Below are positions 37,101 to 48,532 of a stretch of DNA of 64,000 bases, one piece after another. Numbering within the stretch: the stretch's first letter is position 1; every line of letters starts with the position of its first letter. The position numbers and the translations under genes are program-made. The DNA lies in contig JAPMXV010000017.1 in the NCBI GenBank assembly GCA_026936335.1, positions 62,001-126,000 on the forward strand, given 5' to 3'. The notes beneath the pieces are model-generated. The model did no database searches and was not told where the DNA came from. It saw only the letters and a program-made list of their open reading frames with translations. Origin of the DNA: Mantamonas sphyraenae STR306. Taxonomy: Eukaryota > Protista > CRuMs.

Positions 37101-38263
37101 TTCAGCTGCAGCGTGGCACTCACCCATGCCAGAAAGTTTTCGCGGCACTCCTTGCCACACAACTTCTTCATGATGGGCAACAGCGTGTTGTGTACCTGCT
37201 TCATGGCCGAGCGCAGCGACTCTTTGTGCGCCTGGGTCTCGTCGCGGTCCGAGTACGGATAGTTCTCCACCGCAGAGAAGTTGAGCGGTTCCCACAGACC
37301 AAACTGGTTCTGGGGATCCTCAAACACGGAAGCACATGCAAGGATGGGTGACATGCTTGAGGCTGCTTCGAGTTGCCGTCCGTTTGTGCCTGTCGCTGTG
37401 GTGACCTCGTAGCCCAGCATGCTGCTGATGAGGGAGATCCAGTCGGAGCGCACCACCGTACCCAGAAGCTTGAGATGCGGCCCAAACTCGAGCGCAGTCA
37501 GCGGCTTGGCCGAGCGGATCTGCCACAGCCCGTTGGCAAGTTGCCACAGGAACGCCTGGTAGGCACTGGCCATCCCTGTCGTGGCCGAAGACACGCGCGA
37601 CAGATGGTTCAGCAGCGGTGTGGACAGTTTGGGCATTTTGGAAATCAGCAAGGGTGCAAGTGGTGTGCCCTGTGCACCAAAGTACGACGCGTTCTGTTCG
37701 CTGGAAAGCACCGTCTGGAACACGTCTGCGTTGCACGGTGACGACATGGACAGTGGAACGGCCGGTTGTGTGAGTGGCAAGCATGTGTGTGTGCATTACG
37801 CTTGTCGTGATGGGGAGTCCACGTTTGGCCCTGAGGGGCCAAAAGGAAGGACAGGCAGGAGCCGGAAGCGGAATTGCGTGGGCTCCACACGCACACACAC
37901 CCGCACCCACTCACCTTGGATTGCGCGTGCAATACTGTCGCGCACGCTCTCCGTGTCCTTCTCCTCCTGGTTGGGCTCCTTGCGCGCCTTGGGATCCTTC
38001 CTGTTGGGTGGCGTAAAGGTAGGCATGCCTGCCGTGCGCTCGAAACAATCGAGCAGATAAGAGAAGCGGCCCGGCGAGCCACCCTGCTGCTTGGCCACAG
38101 CCTCAGCCACAATCGCGTCACAGTGCTCCACCTTCAACTGCGACTCGCTATCCACCGTTTGCGCCAACTCGTTCAAGTACAGACCCTTGCCGCCCTGCGT
38201 CAGGCACACGCCAAACACAGCGGCCAGGGTTTTGGCAGACGACGACGACGACGACGACGACAT
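34187..38263 (-). CDS. Ufd2/UBE4-type E4 core fused to a UIM-like motif and a BIRC6-like UBC (E2) domain; no U-box
   Basis: YLLDCFER, FSFITECFFLTLRAIH, LPE..KD, LVKSPLVRSKLV, FDKYNVR, FVD.MLND and L.V..PSKYGFD match Ufd2P_core. The C-terminal [64 protein letters not shown] is a BIRC6-class UBC. Intron 37726..37914. Confidence 0.88.
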
Positions 38264-38400
38264 TTTTGCAGTGGACCCACACGTGCACGTCACCACATGT
38301 GCTCACGCAACGCAGGGGAAAACGGTGTACTGTGCGTATGGATGTATGGACGGAGCACGCATGGACGCATGCTGATGTGCAAGGGCGAGTTTGGGAGCCT

Positions 38401-38820
38401 TCATTGTTTGGAACCTTTGGAATCGCTGGATCCGTTCCAGTTCCAGCCGTCAGGGACCGTAAAGATGGTGCGACCAAAGCAGGTCATGACAGTACCTTCC
38501 TCGTCGTCCAGAATCCATGGTTTGTCCTCGTAGACCTTGTTGACCTCCTCCTTCTCTTCGTCGATCCTGTGGAACTGGTTGTTTTTGCGGGTGGTGCGGG
38601 TGGTCACCGTGCACACCATTGTTTCTGGGTCGAGTGTGCCCTCCATCTTGGTTTGGTGGTAGATGCGGCCACGTGCGTGACGGTTGTCGTCGTGTGTGGA
38701 CGTGTACTCAAAGTGCACCGTCTTGTCCACGTGCCACACCGACAGCGCATCCTTCATGAACATGTCCTTGTGTGCAGGTGTGTGCACCTCAAATTCATTC
38801 TTCTTGTTGCGTGTGCTCAT
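38401..38820 (-). CDS. Small hypothetical protein (139 aa)
   Basis: ATG-to-TGA ORF with protein-like composition filling the gap between two genes. No family recognised. Confidence 0.55.
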   Translation of the reverse strand: MSTRNKKNEFEVHTPAHKDMFMKDALSVWHVDKTVHFEYTSTHDDNRHARGRIYHQTKMEGTLDPETMVCTVTTRTTRKNNQFHRIDEEKEEVNKVYEDKPWILDDEEGTVMTCFGRTIFTVPDGWNWNGSSDSKGSKQ

Positions 38821-39169
38821 GATGGGTTGGCAGTTTGTGTCTGCGTGGGAACGTCGTTTGTGTGGGAGGGCCTGCGCAGCGCAAACGCGTCTCTCTCTTC
38901 ACACCGTTCAGCCAGGCCCAGAGTCTTGATTGATGACCTCCCCTGTCATCCCAACCCCCCATTCCCACACTCGGCACACGTTGCCGATGGGGCAATGGAC
39001 TGGTGTGCTGTCATTCGGCTTGCAACATCCCCGACAAGTTGGCGACAACTCGTGTCCACCATGACGAATTCCACGCCCAATCCATCACACAAGTGTGTTT
39101 GTTGTGTGCCTTGTCACCCTCTTCCCACGACTGTCGCCCATTGGTTCCCATCTCACACATGCGACGCTC

Positions 39170-39939
39170 TCAAATGGCGGCAGGGCCTGCGGAGGAAGAC
39201 TTGGTGACCGGATCCTGCTTGGCGACAAATCCACCCACCAAATACATCAGCGCACCGACAAGGAGCAGAATGGCAGCCACCACACCCACGTCGTAGAAGA
39301 ACATGGGGATGCAAAACACAAGGTAAAGGCCTCCTCGGTACCCAAGGTTGTCAAACACATCCAAAAACTTGATCAGGAACGGCACAGGCACCTCCAGCAC
39401 GAGTGTAAACAGAGTGGTGATGCTGTACATATGTGCACACAGGGTGGGAAAGGCACAGAGAGAGTGAGGGAAAGCGGAAGACCCACTTGTCAGCTGTTCG
39501 GTCGTGGTCGACGCCTCGTTTGGACTCCAGGCACACACACACACAATCTTGCACAGCATACACACTCCATGGCATCCATATGCACCCATCGAACCAATTG
39601 ACAGGCGCAGTGGGCTTGGCACGCGCGCCGAAGCGTGTGAAATTGCCCGCGCGCCCATTCCGACCCGGAGAAACATCTTTGCATCGTTCCCATGGCTGCA
39701 CACGTGGCCCACACACACAAACACACACGTGTACACTGGGATGGCAACGTCACATGTGCAATCACAACGTACATGGAAATGATGGCCATGGCGTTGGCTT
39801 GGACCTTGGTGGCCAGCTCGACAATGATGGCAATCAAGCTCACCACGCACGCTCCCAGAACGACCCAGCGTCCGTAGCGTGGCCACTCGATTTTCGATGC
39901 CCTGTTCTTGGCACCAGCCTGCAGCAGTTTGTTCTGCAT
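39170..39939 (-). CDS. Small 4-TM Golgi/COPI-associated protein (TVP15/TVP18-like)
   Basis: Exon 1 MQNKLLQ..WVVLGACVVSLIAII is joined by intron 39423..39772 to FTLVLEVP..F..LGYRGGLYLVF.. followed by further TM segments. Confidence 0.6.
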
Positions 39940-40001
39940 GTGTGTCTCCCGAGATATGCGTTGGCACCGTCGTCGCCAGCCAAACCCGAACAAAATTCTC
40001 C

Positions 40002-42455
40002 ATGGTAGGCACCGCTTGACTTTGGCACTCCCGACGCCAGCACCACCACTCACAATGAGGGACACCCCGTCGTATGTTGTTCCTATGGCATCCCATGGTG
40101 GCACCCACACGTGCCCACAGAGCGTGAAAAAGGTCGCTGGAGCCAACGGAGTGGCCATCTACGACGTGAGCACAGGCAAGAGCCTGCCCGAGTGGCTGCG
40201 GGAAAAGTCATGGCGTGCACTGCGCACCGATGACCGATTCCGCAAACGCATTGAGCTCATGCAACATCTGGAGTGCCCCACCACCGTCCAGAAGATAGGC
40301 ATGTCGGCGGACCAACGCCACTTTGTAATTACAGGTGAGGGTCGCCCTGTGTCCACTCATTTGTTGCCCAACGTGTGCCCCTTCCACCCCGTCTCAACTT
40401 CCGCTGTGCTGTGTTCTGTGTCACTTGTCCACATGGGGCCGGCGTGGGAAACGCGGTGCCAAGGCCGTGCATGCCACACGCCGGATTTCCGCCGTGTCGC
40501 TCACACACACTCGCACACTCACTCTCACTTCACACATGGCCAATCCCCAATTTCTTTCTTTTTCAGGAAACTATCCGCCGCAGGCACGCGTGTTTGACAC
40601 AGACAATCTGTCGATGAAGTTTGAACGACGCATCGACGCCGATGTGAGCGCGTTTCAGATCCTGACGGACGACTGGAAGAAGCTTGCGTTTCTTCGCAAC
40701 GACCGGGTGGTGGAGCTGCACTCGCAGCATGGAAAGCACCACATGGTGCGAGTGCCCCACTTTGGCCGGGACATGCTGTACTATCCAGGCACCTGCGATC
40801 TCTTGATTGTGGGCGAGAGCAATCATGTCTACCGCCTCAATCTCGACCAGGGACGTTTCCTGGAGCCCTGGGACTCGGATTTGCCCAACATCAATGCCGT
40901 CCGTCTCAACACCGGGCTTCGTCTGATTGGGGTGGGTGGCGACGATTCACTGGTGCAGTGTTGGGACCCACGCAAGCGCAAGGGGGCACAGGCGTTGGAT
41001 GTCAGCGGGGCCTTGGGTATGGCCAACATCAAATCATCCATCAGCGTGACCTCGGTGCAGTTCCATCCCCAGGACAGCCTGCAGATGCTTGCCGGCACAA
41101 GCACGGGCCACGTCCTCCTGTACGACATGCGCTCGTCCAAACCCCTGCTGATCAAAGACCACCAGTATGGCCTGCCTATTGTGGACATGCACTTCCTGGC
41201 CAGCGATGTGCACAGCGAGGAGCGGCGTGTGGCAAGCGCAGACGCAAAAAGCATCAAGATTTGGGGTCAGAGCGACGGCGCAATCGTCACTGCCGTCGAG
41301 CCAAGCGCCGACATTAACAGCATGTGTTGGGTGCCCGATTCAGGTCTCGTCTTTGCAGCCTGCGAATCGGCAAAGGTGCAGGCGTTCTTCATCCCACTGC
41401 TGGGGCGTGCTCCCGATTGGTGCCACTTTCTCGAGAGTGTGGCCGAGTCGCTGGAGCAGGAGCAGGACAGCAGCATGTTTGACGCCTTTCAGTTTGTCAC
41501 CAAGGATCAACTCAAGGAGCTGGGTCTCGAGGGTCTCATTGGTACGGATCATCTCAAGGAGCACCTGCACGGTTATTTTATGGACAAAAAAACGTACTCG
41601 GACGCCATGGCACTCAAAGAACCCTTTTCCTACACCGAATGGCGGCGCAAGAAGATCCAGGAGAAGATTGAGTCGAAGCGTGCCAACCGCATCACTGTGC
41701 AGCAGCGTTTGCCAAAGGTGAACCAGGAACTGGTCAAGGCCCTGGCCATGAAGGGCAAAGGCAAGGCCAAGAAGAAGTTGGGGGCAGTGACCGACTCGCG
41801 CTTCGGAGAGATGTTTGAGAATCCCGAGTTTCAGATCGATGTGGAAAGCGAGGAGTTCCGCCTGCTCAACCCGCACGGCATGGGCAACGACAAGGCAGTG
41901 GACAGCGAAGAGGAAGAGGCCGCCCTGTACGAACACTTTACATTGCTGGACGGCAAGGAGGGCCGTGGCGAAGACGAAGACAGCAGCGACGACGACAGCG
42001 ACAGCGATGCGGGCGACGATAGCGACGATGACAGCGGCAGCGAGAGCGACGAGGACACACGCTATGGACGTGGGCGCAAGGATGCACGCAAAAAGAAACA
42101 GCAGCAAGAGGAGAGGGGCAAGGGCAAGGCGGTGCGCATGTACGAACTCAAACAGGGCCGGGACAACCCGCTGAAGCGCAAGAATCAGGCGCGGCTGGTG
42201 GAGCAGCGCAAACGCGCGCGTGTGTCGCTCGAGACACGTCTGAAGCAGGAAGAAGCCGAACGAAGCAGGAGCAACCGGGCAAAGGTGATCCGTGGGGGCG
42301 GAGCACGAGGCAAACGGGAGCAGGGCCAAGGAGGAAGCAGCAGCAGCAGCAGCGGCAGCAGAAGCAGAGGTGACGATAGCGACCGAAGGCGTCGCGGCAT
42401 CGGCGAGCTGGGTCTGGGCAAGGTCAAGATCCGCGGCGGCTACCGCAAGAAGTGA
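40002..42455 (+). CDS. NOL10: Nucleolar protein 10 (Enp2), WD40 + NUC153
   Basis: GKSLPEWL, RIEL.Q.LE.P, G.YPPQ, LSMKFER, RLNLDQGRFL, KDHQYGLPI, IPLLG.AP.WC.FLE and D.RF..MFENPEFQID. ATG-only first exon; introns 40005..40120 and 40335..40566. Confidence 0.95.
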
Positions 42456-42499
42456 AACAGAGAGAGAGCTGCATTTCCACACACGTTGCCACCTTCCCG

Positions 42500-45400
42500 T
42501 CACTGCACATACAACGAGGCAGCAAATACAATGTCGCGTTTGATGCTGGAGGCGGCCACTTCCATCTTGGCAAAGAGCTCCTGGTCGCCAATGACCTTGG
42601 CGACGGAGCGAAGTTCGCGGCATGTTTCGTGCAGCCGTGTGATACAGCGCACAATGGACCCTTCGAGGACGTCTGTGAGCTGGCAGATCTCCTTGAAGGG
42701 TGTGCCACGCGCCCATTCGTACACGACCTCCATCAGGGAAAAGTTGAGCAGCTTGCAGTACTCCTTGACCGAGACGTCGGTGAGGCCGCACTCAATCTGC
42801 ACGTTTGCCAGACTGACCGCAATCTTGGTCATCATTTCGCGTGCGTCGCTGAGCTCGTCCGGCAGCTTGGGCTCCGCCTGGCTCTTTTCCTGGAACAGCA
42901 GACACGAGAGACATGCCACAATGGCCTCTGGGCCCAGGTCGGTGAGCACATTCTCAAACAGCATCTCCGTGACAATGAGCTCCTCGCACGTGTTGATTTC
43001 ACACGCCACGCGTCCCTTGAGCAACACTGCGTTGTCGTTGTCCACATACTGCAGCTTGCGCAACACCAGCAGTCTCTTGTTGAACTCGGGCATCAGATAC
43101 AGGTTGCTGTTGCTGATGGCAAACTGCAGATCCATCATCTTTCGCTTCAACTTCTGCTGCCCATGCATCTCCTCGTAGTGGACAGGCAACATGGGACATC
43201 CGTGACATTTGCTGGCATACAACGGACGAGCATGTCGTTCGCGCATGCCCATGCGCTCAATCACCTCTACGTCCTGGATCTGAAAGTCCTCCACAGGTTC
43301 AAACGCAGGCGGGCCCCAATCCCGCCCGTGTTCCTGGAGCAGCAGCAGCAATTGTTGCGCCGCCACACTTCCTGCCTGCTCTCGTTCCAGCTCCGACGCC
43401 TGCTTATCCAGCAATGCGTGCACGTCCACATCCACCTTTGCTTTGCAGATTTGTGCCACATGCACGTCCAGGACAGCGCACACCGAGTGTGTCCACTCCT
43501 GGCCATTGTTCTCTTGGCCAAAGTACATCGACTGCAGTGTCATCCCGCCAAACGACGGCACAGCCTCACCGGTGCCTTCCTCGTCCGAGTGCGTCTTGGG
43601 CACCAGCTTCAGCACCATGTACTCACGTCCCACGCCTCCCGATGCCGCCTTGAGTGTGCGTTTGCCACTGTTCAGCAACACAGCCAGGGCGTTTCCCGCA
43701 TCGCGTTGGTGCACCACCACCACGCGACCGGCCACAAGGGCGCCCATGCCTCGCTTGCTGCTGCATGCAGACACCTGCAGGAAGCGCGAGTGCTCTTTCA
43801 CCTGTGCGGCGTGGTAATAGTAATCTTCGATGTCTGGTTCGCCGTAGATGCACTCGATGGGCTTGACGTTGGCCAGCGCCTCCAGGCCACGTTCGTACAG
43901 CTCTTTCTGCTCGGGCAGCAGTCGCTGCGATGTCGACTCGGAGAACGAGCGACGGATCATGTCCTCCACCTTGAGGTCCTCCACGCGCAGCAGGTTGAGG
44001 ATCATGTTGTATGTCAGGCGAAACTGGGACTCCAGCTTCCTCGGCGTGCCCAGCATCATCTTGTGCAGCTGTGCCGTGGGCGGAATGGAGTCAAAGCAGG
44101 CAATGATCACCGTGCCCACCTTGTCCAATCCGCGTCGTCCCGCACGTCCACTCATCTGTGTGTACTCGCCAGGCTGCAGGTCTCGCCTTTGTGTGCCGTC
44201 GTGCTTCTGGATGCCGTTGTACACCACTGTGCGAGCGGGCATGTTGACACCCATGGCAAACGTTTCGGTTGCAAACAACAGGCGAATCTTGCCCTGGCCA
44301 AACAGCATCTCGACCATTTCCTTGATGATGGGCAGCAGGCCACCGTGATGCACGCCAATGCCTCGCTTCACCAAATCCTTGATCTTCATGATCTGGGGCA
44401 ATTCACGATCCTCGGGGCTCAGGCGAAGCACACACGATTCGACAAACTTGTGGATCGATGCCTTTTCGCTTTCGGTGGTCAGGTCGATGCTCGACAGGCC
44501 GTATGCACACTCTTCGCACAGCCGCTTGCTGAACGCAAACACAACCACGGGCAGGATTTCCCTCTTTTTCAGGAACTTGACCAGTTTGATCCACTGGTTG
44601 CGGTCCGACTTGCTTGATCCGCCCATCGCCCTTCCGCGGCCCTTGTTGTATGACGTACCTCCTTTTTGGTTGCGTGTCGGCTTGCCCCTGCTGACCTGCT
44701 TGTTGTTCTTGGACGAGGATGAGGAGGACGACGACGACGACGACGATGACGAAGACGACGACGTGTCGTTGCTTGCAGCTGCCACCGCATTCTTGTAGTT
44801 GCGCGTGAGAAACTCACCCTTTGCGTCGACCACCTTGTACATGTCGTCGCCGTGGTACAGGTAGTGCTCGAGGGGCACCGGCCGCTTCAAGGTGGAGATG
44901 ACATGCACGCGCTTCTTCTTGACACGGCCAACCCAGTCGGCAAACTCAAAGGCGTTGGGCACAGTGGCACTGAGCATGATGAGGTTCACGTGGTCGGGCA
45001 ACATGATGATGACCTCCTCCCAGACGACGCCACGCTCCGAGTCGTTCACGTAGTGCACCTCGTCAAAGATGACCCACTCGATGTCCCGGATGAGATCGGC
45101 ACCCTTGTAGATCATGGAACGCAAGATCTCGGTGGTGACCACCAAACAAGCGGCTTCCGGGTTGATGCTGACGTCGCCTGTGATCAGACCGACGTCCTCC
45201 TCACCAAACTTGTCGCGAAAGTCGCGGAACTTTTGGTTCGACAGCGCCTTGATGGGTGATGTGTAAACGGTGCGTGTGAGATGCTTGGTGGATAGGGCGA
45301 TGGCATACTCTGCCACCACTGTCTTGCCCGCACTCGTGTGTGCTGCCACAAACACACACTCGGAGTTTTCCAGGTGCACCACAGCCTGCTTCTGGAACGA

Positions 45401-46962
45401 ATCCAACTCAAAGGGATACTCGATGGCTGGGTTTGGCACGAGTTGATGAAAGTTGCGCACGTCCACAGGCTCTTCCACAGCCCACGATTCACCCGCCGCC
45501 GTGCGTTTGCGCCTGCGACTGTCTGCAAACAGCAGCTGCACGCCGCTTGCCGCCTGCCCAGCGTCAACATCCCAGTCGCGGTCGTTCAGCAGCTCGTCAA
45601 TGGACGTGCTTCGTTTCATGCCAGCGGTGGTGGATGCAGCGGAGGATGAGGATGATGAGGATGTGCCATCCTGCGAGGCCTCCGCCTCTGCATCCTCTTC
45701 GCCAGCATCATCGTCGTCGTACTCTTCGTCCTCATCGTCGTCTTCATACTCAAACATGTTGGATTCATCGACAAACACATTGTCAAAGTTGAGGAGACCA
45801 GCAGAGGCGATCGAGTCGCCCATGAGGGCGTCGTGTTCGGCGGCATCCGCCTCCGCCGCCGCCACCGCTGCCGCTGCTGCGCTGTTGGGCCCATACTTCT
45901 CAATGAGTCCAACGGGGTTGATGTTGACCACTGTATACCCGAGCGTGTGAGTGGTGAGGGGGCGGGGGGTGCGAGGGAAAGGAGGACAACGTACGCTTGG
46001 CAAGCTCGTCTGCGTTCTGTTGTGTGTTGAGCCACTCGGTGGCATCAGGCATTGCACTCAACGAGTCTTCTGTGTCCAAGGCGGCGTCTGATTCGGCCAG
46101 CATGGTGTCCTGTTCCACCGTGTAGCCGTGGAGGGTAGGAACGCCGTGGAGCAGCTCGCCGTCTGCCTCCAAGCTGGCCAGAACGTCGTGGACGTTGAGC
46201 ACAGGCAGATTGTCGGTGCGGTTGACCACATCCAAAGCCTCTTGGTTGGCTTCCAGACTCAGGCGTGTCATGGTGCTCGGCCCGGAAGCAGAGTCGTCGT
46301 TCGCCTTCCCGTCTGCCGCTGCCGTTGACCCTGCGTCGGCAAACAGGTCGTCGATGCCGCCGGGACGGAAGGGGAAGTTTTGCACGTTGCCACGCACAAA
46401 GTCTTCCAGTGCATTCGGCGCTCTTTGCATGGAGCTGGACTTGCTGGCCTGGGCCAGAAACTCGGCGCTTGCTTTCGTCTGTGCCTCGGCGTGGCGTGTG
46501 AGCTCGCATGGCCATGAGTGGTTCCCTTGGCATGGTGGGATGGAATGTGTGTGTTTGGAGCATGACTCCTTGGGTGCACCTACCTCTGTCACAGACACGG
46601 GCTCGCCAGTGCGCGGGTCCTTTTCCATGCCCAGCACAGTGTTTGCCTGGCTGGTGCCCACCTCCAAGTGCTCCTCCACCTCGAAAGGCGCCTTCCACGT
46701 GCACAGTGACAGTGGCAACGAGGTGCTCTCTTGTGTGCGTGGGTCGTCCGACACCACTTGCACGGGCAGAGGCACCTGTGCGTGTATGCGAGTGAGTGTC
46801 AGGGTGTGAAACCCGGATCAGCATCTTCATCATCCCTCTCCGGCCTACCGTCGTCCCCAAAGCCCTCTCCTGGCCCTGTGTCTCTTCGTACTCGATGCGC
46901 ACCCTGTTGGATGCGCCCCGCTGCACAATACGTGTCGTGCGTGGTGCGGTGCTGGAGGACAT
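42500..46962 (-). CDS. SKI2: Ski2 DExH-box RNA helicase (SKI complex)
   Basis: RG....FPFRPGG N-terminal motif, YPFELDSFQKQA, AHTSAGKTVVAEYA, DEVH, LSATVPN, QMSGRAGRRG and the DSHCT end KRDIVFAASLY. Introns 46776..46848, 46479..46583 and 45931..45994. Confidence 0.96.
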
Positions 46963-47016
46963 TTTTGGGGTTTGCGCTGCCGGCTCAAGCGCAACTCGCA
47001 TCCTTTCTTGGCCGTC

Positions 47017-47524
47017 ATGGTACGCTGTCCTGTGCTCTTGCCTTGTCCTCCACCCCACTTGTCCCCCCGATTGCCGTGCTGACACGGCTTGCCTCCTGTG
47101 ACCCGCAGACCATCTACAACATGTACATATACAACAAAAAGGGCGACTGCCTGTACTACGCCGAGTGGAACCGGCAAAAGGGCGCCCGCAACCTCGATCA
47201 CGACCAGAAGAACATGTACGGCTTCATCTTTTCCATCAAACTGTTCACAAAGAAGATCTCGCCCGACCCGTACGTTCTGTGTGCCCATCGCCTGCGCCTG
47301 CGCCTGGCCTTTTCCGTGTGGAACGCCCTCCCGCTCTCGCTCACCCCCGGCTTGTGTTGTCTCCCCGCAGCGAGGAAGAGACTGGCCTGCACTTTTTCAA
47401 AACCTCCACCTACAAGCTGCACTTTTACGAAACCGCCTCGGGCATCAAGTTTATCATCAACACAGGTAAGTGGTGTGTGTGTGTGTGGATCCCGACGTCT
47501 CCTGCTAACCACGCACACACACAC

Positions 47525-47571
<47 letters not shown>

Positions 47572-47736
47572 GACCCTGAAGCAGATGACATGCGTGACGC
47601 ACTGCATGACATCTACAGCGACATCTACGTCGAGTATGTCATCAAAAACCCGCTGTACGAACTGGGCGACCCCATTGAGTGCCAGCTGTTTGAAAAGAAG
47701 CTGCATAGCTTCATTTCGGGTCTGGAAAACTATTGA
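47017..47736 (+). CDS. TRAPPC1: TRAPP complex subunit 1 (Bet5)
   Basis: Spliced product MTIYNMYIYNKKGDCLYYAEWNR..MYGFIFSIK.F..K.SP..FKTSTYKLHFYETASGIKFIINTDP..IYVEYVIKNPLY. Introns 47020..47108, 47270..47370 and 47466..47572. Confidence 0.93.
47512..47568. repeat. Intronic (CA)n microsatellite (TRAPPC1 intron 3)
   Basis: Visible directly; lies between the gctaac branch point and the acceptor. Confidence 0.95.
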
Positions 47737-47829
47737 ACAAACCGGTGTCACTCACTTCCAAAAGCATCCCGGCTTCCATTCTCCCAATGCCAATTCGCTC
47801 AAGCTTGCCGCGTGCACCGTGTAGGTTTC

Positions 47830-48498
47830 TCAGAAGCAACAATCGCAGTCAAACGGACACAGCGGCGTCCCTCCGCCCTGACCCAGCTTCAATTCTTCCA
47901 TAGTGTACACAGGCAGACCGTCGATGTGTTTGCGCTTCTTGGTTTTGCCTCGCGAGTCGAAAAACGCTTCATCATCACCGTACGCAGACGACGCCGTCCC
48001 CGTTGCCCCCTTCTTGCTTTTGGTACCTTTCCCTTTCTCCTTCCCTGCCTCCATGCCACTCTTTGCCTCTGCTTCCGCCTCGCTCGATTTCGTCTCCACC
48101 GCCTCGCTCTTCCGCTTCTTGTTCCCGTCCGCCCCATTTCCACCCGTCCCTTTCTTCTTCGACGCAAACAGCGCGTCAATGTCCACGCCGGCATCCCTGC
48201 TCTTCTCCCCCGCCTCCCCACTGCTCTCTGGCGTCTTTTTCTTGCCCTTGGCCTTGTTCTTCTTGCCCTTCTTGCCCTCAGTCTTGGCTACACGCGTTTC
48301 GTCGCCGGTTGCCGAGACGACGGATTGCAAATCCGTCTTTCCTGCTGCTTCTTTCTCTTCCGCCGTCCCCTGGCTTGTCTCCCGCTGCTTTCCCTTGTTC
48401 GTCTTGCCCTGTGCCGTGGCTTTGGCTTTGGCTTTGGCCTTGGCCTTGGCTTTCACCTTTTCCTTGAGCTTGTCCTTGCTGCTGGTGCTACTGCTCAT
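47830..48498 (-). CDS. DUF1764-family Lys-rich protein
   Basis: IDALF and the C-terminal FFDSRG..RK.IDGLPVY..EELK.G.GGGTPLCPFDCDCCF signature. Confidence 0.88.
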   Translation of the reverse strand: MSSSTSSKDKLKEKVKAKAKAKAKAKATAQGKTNKGKQRETSQGTAEEKEAAGKTDLQSVVSATGDETRVAKTEGKKGKKNKAKGKKKTPESSGEAGEKSRDAGVDIDALFASKKKGTGGNGADGNKKRKSEAVETKSSEAEAEAKSGMEAGKEKGKGTKSKKGATGTASSAYGDDEAFFDSRGKTKKRKHIDGLPVYTMEELKLGQGGGTPLCPFDCDCCF

Positions 48499-48532
48499 CC
48501 CCCTGGCTCAGCCATCGCAACCAACCCGCCCC
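48499..48532. promoter_or_regulatory. Putative ultra-short bidirectional promoter/5' region between DUF1764 and NOL9
   Basis: Only 34 bp between the divergent ATGs; contains caaccaacccg. Confidence 0.45.

Noticed and set aside
47903-48532. N-terminal extension of the NOL9 ORF from 47903
   Set aside because: It is the antisense of the DUF1764 gene. ATG 48533 is the plausible start.
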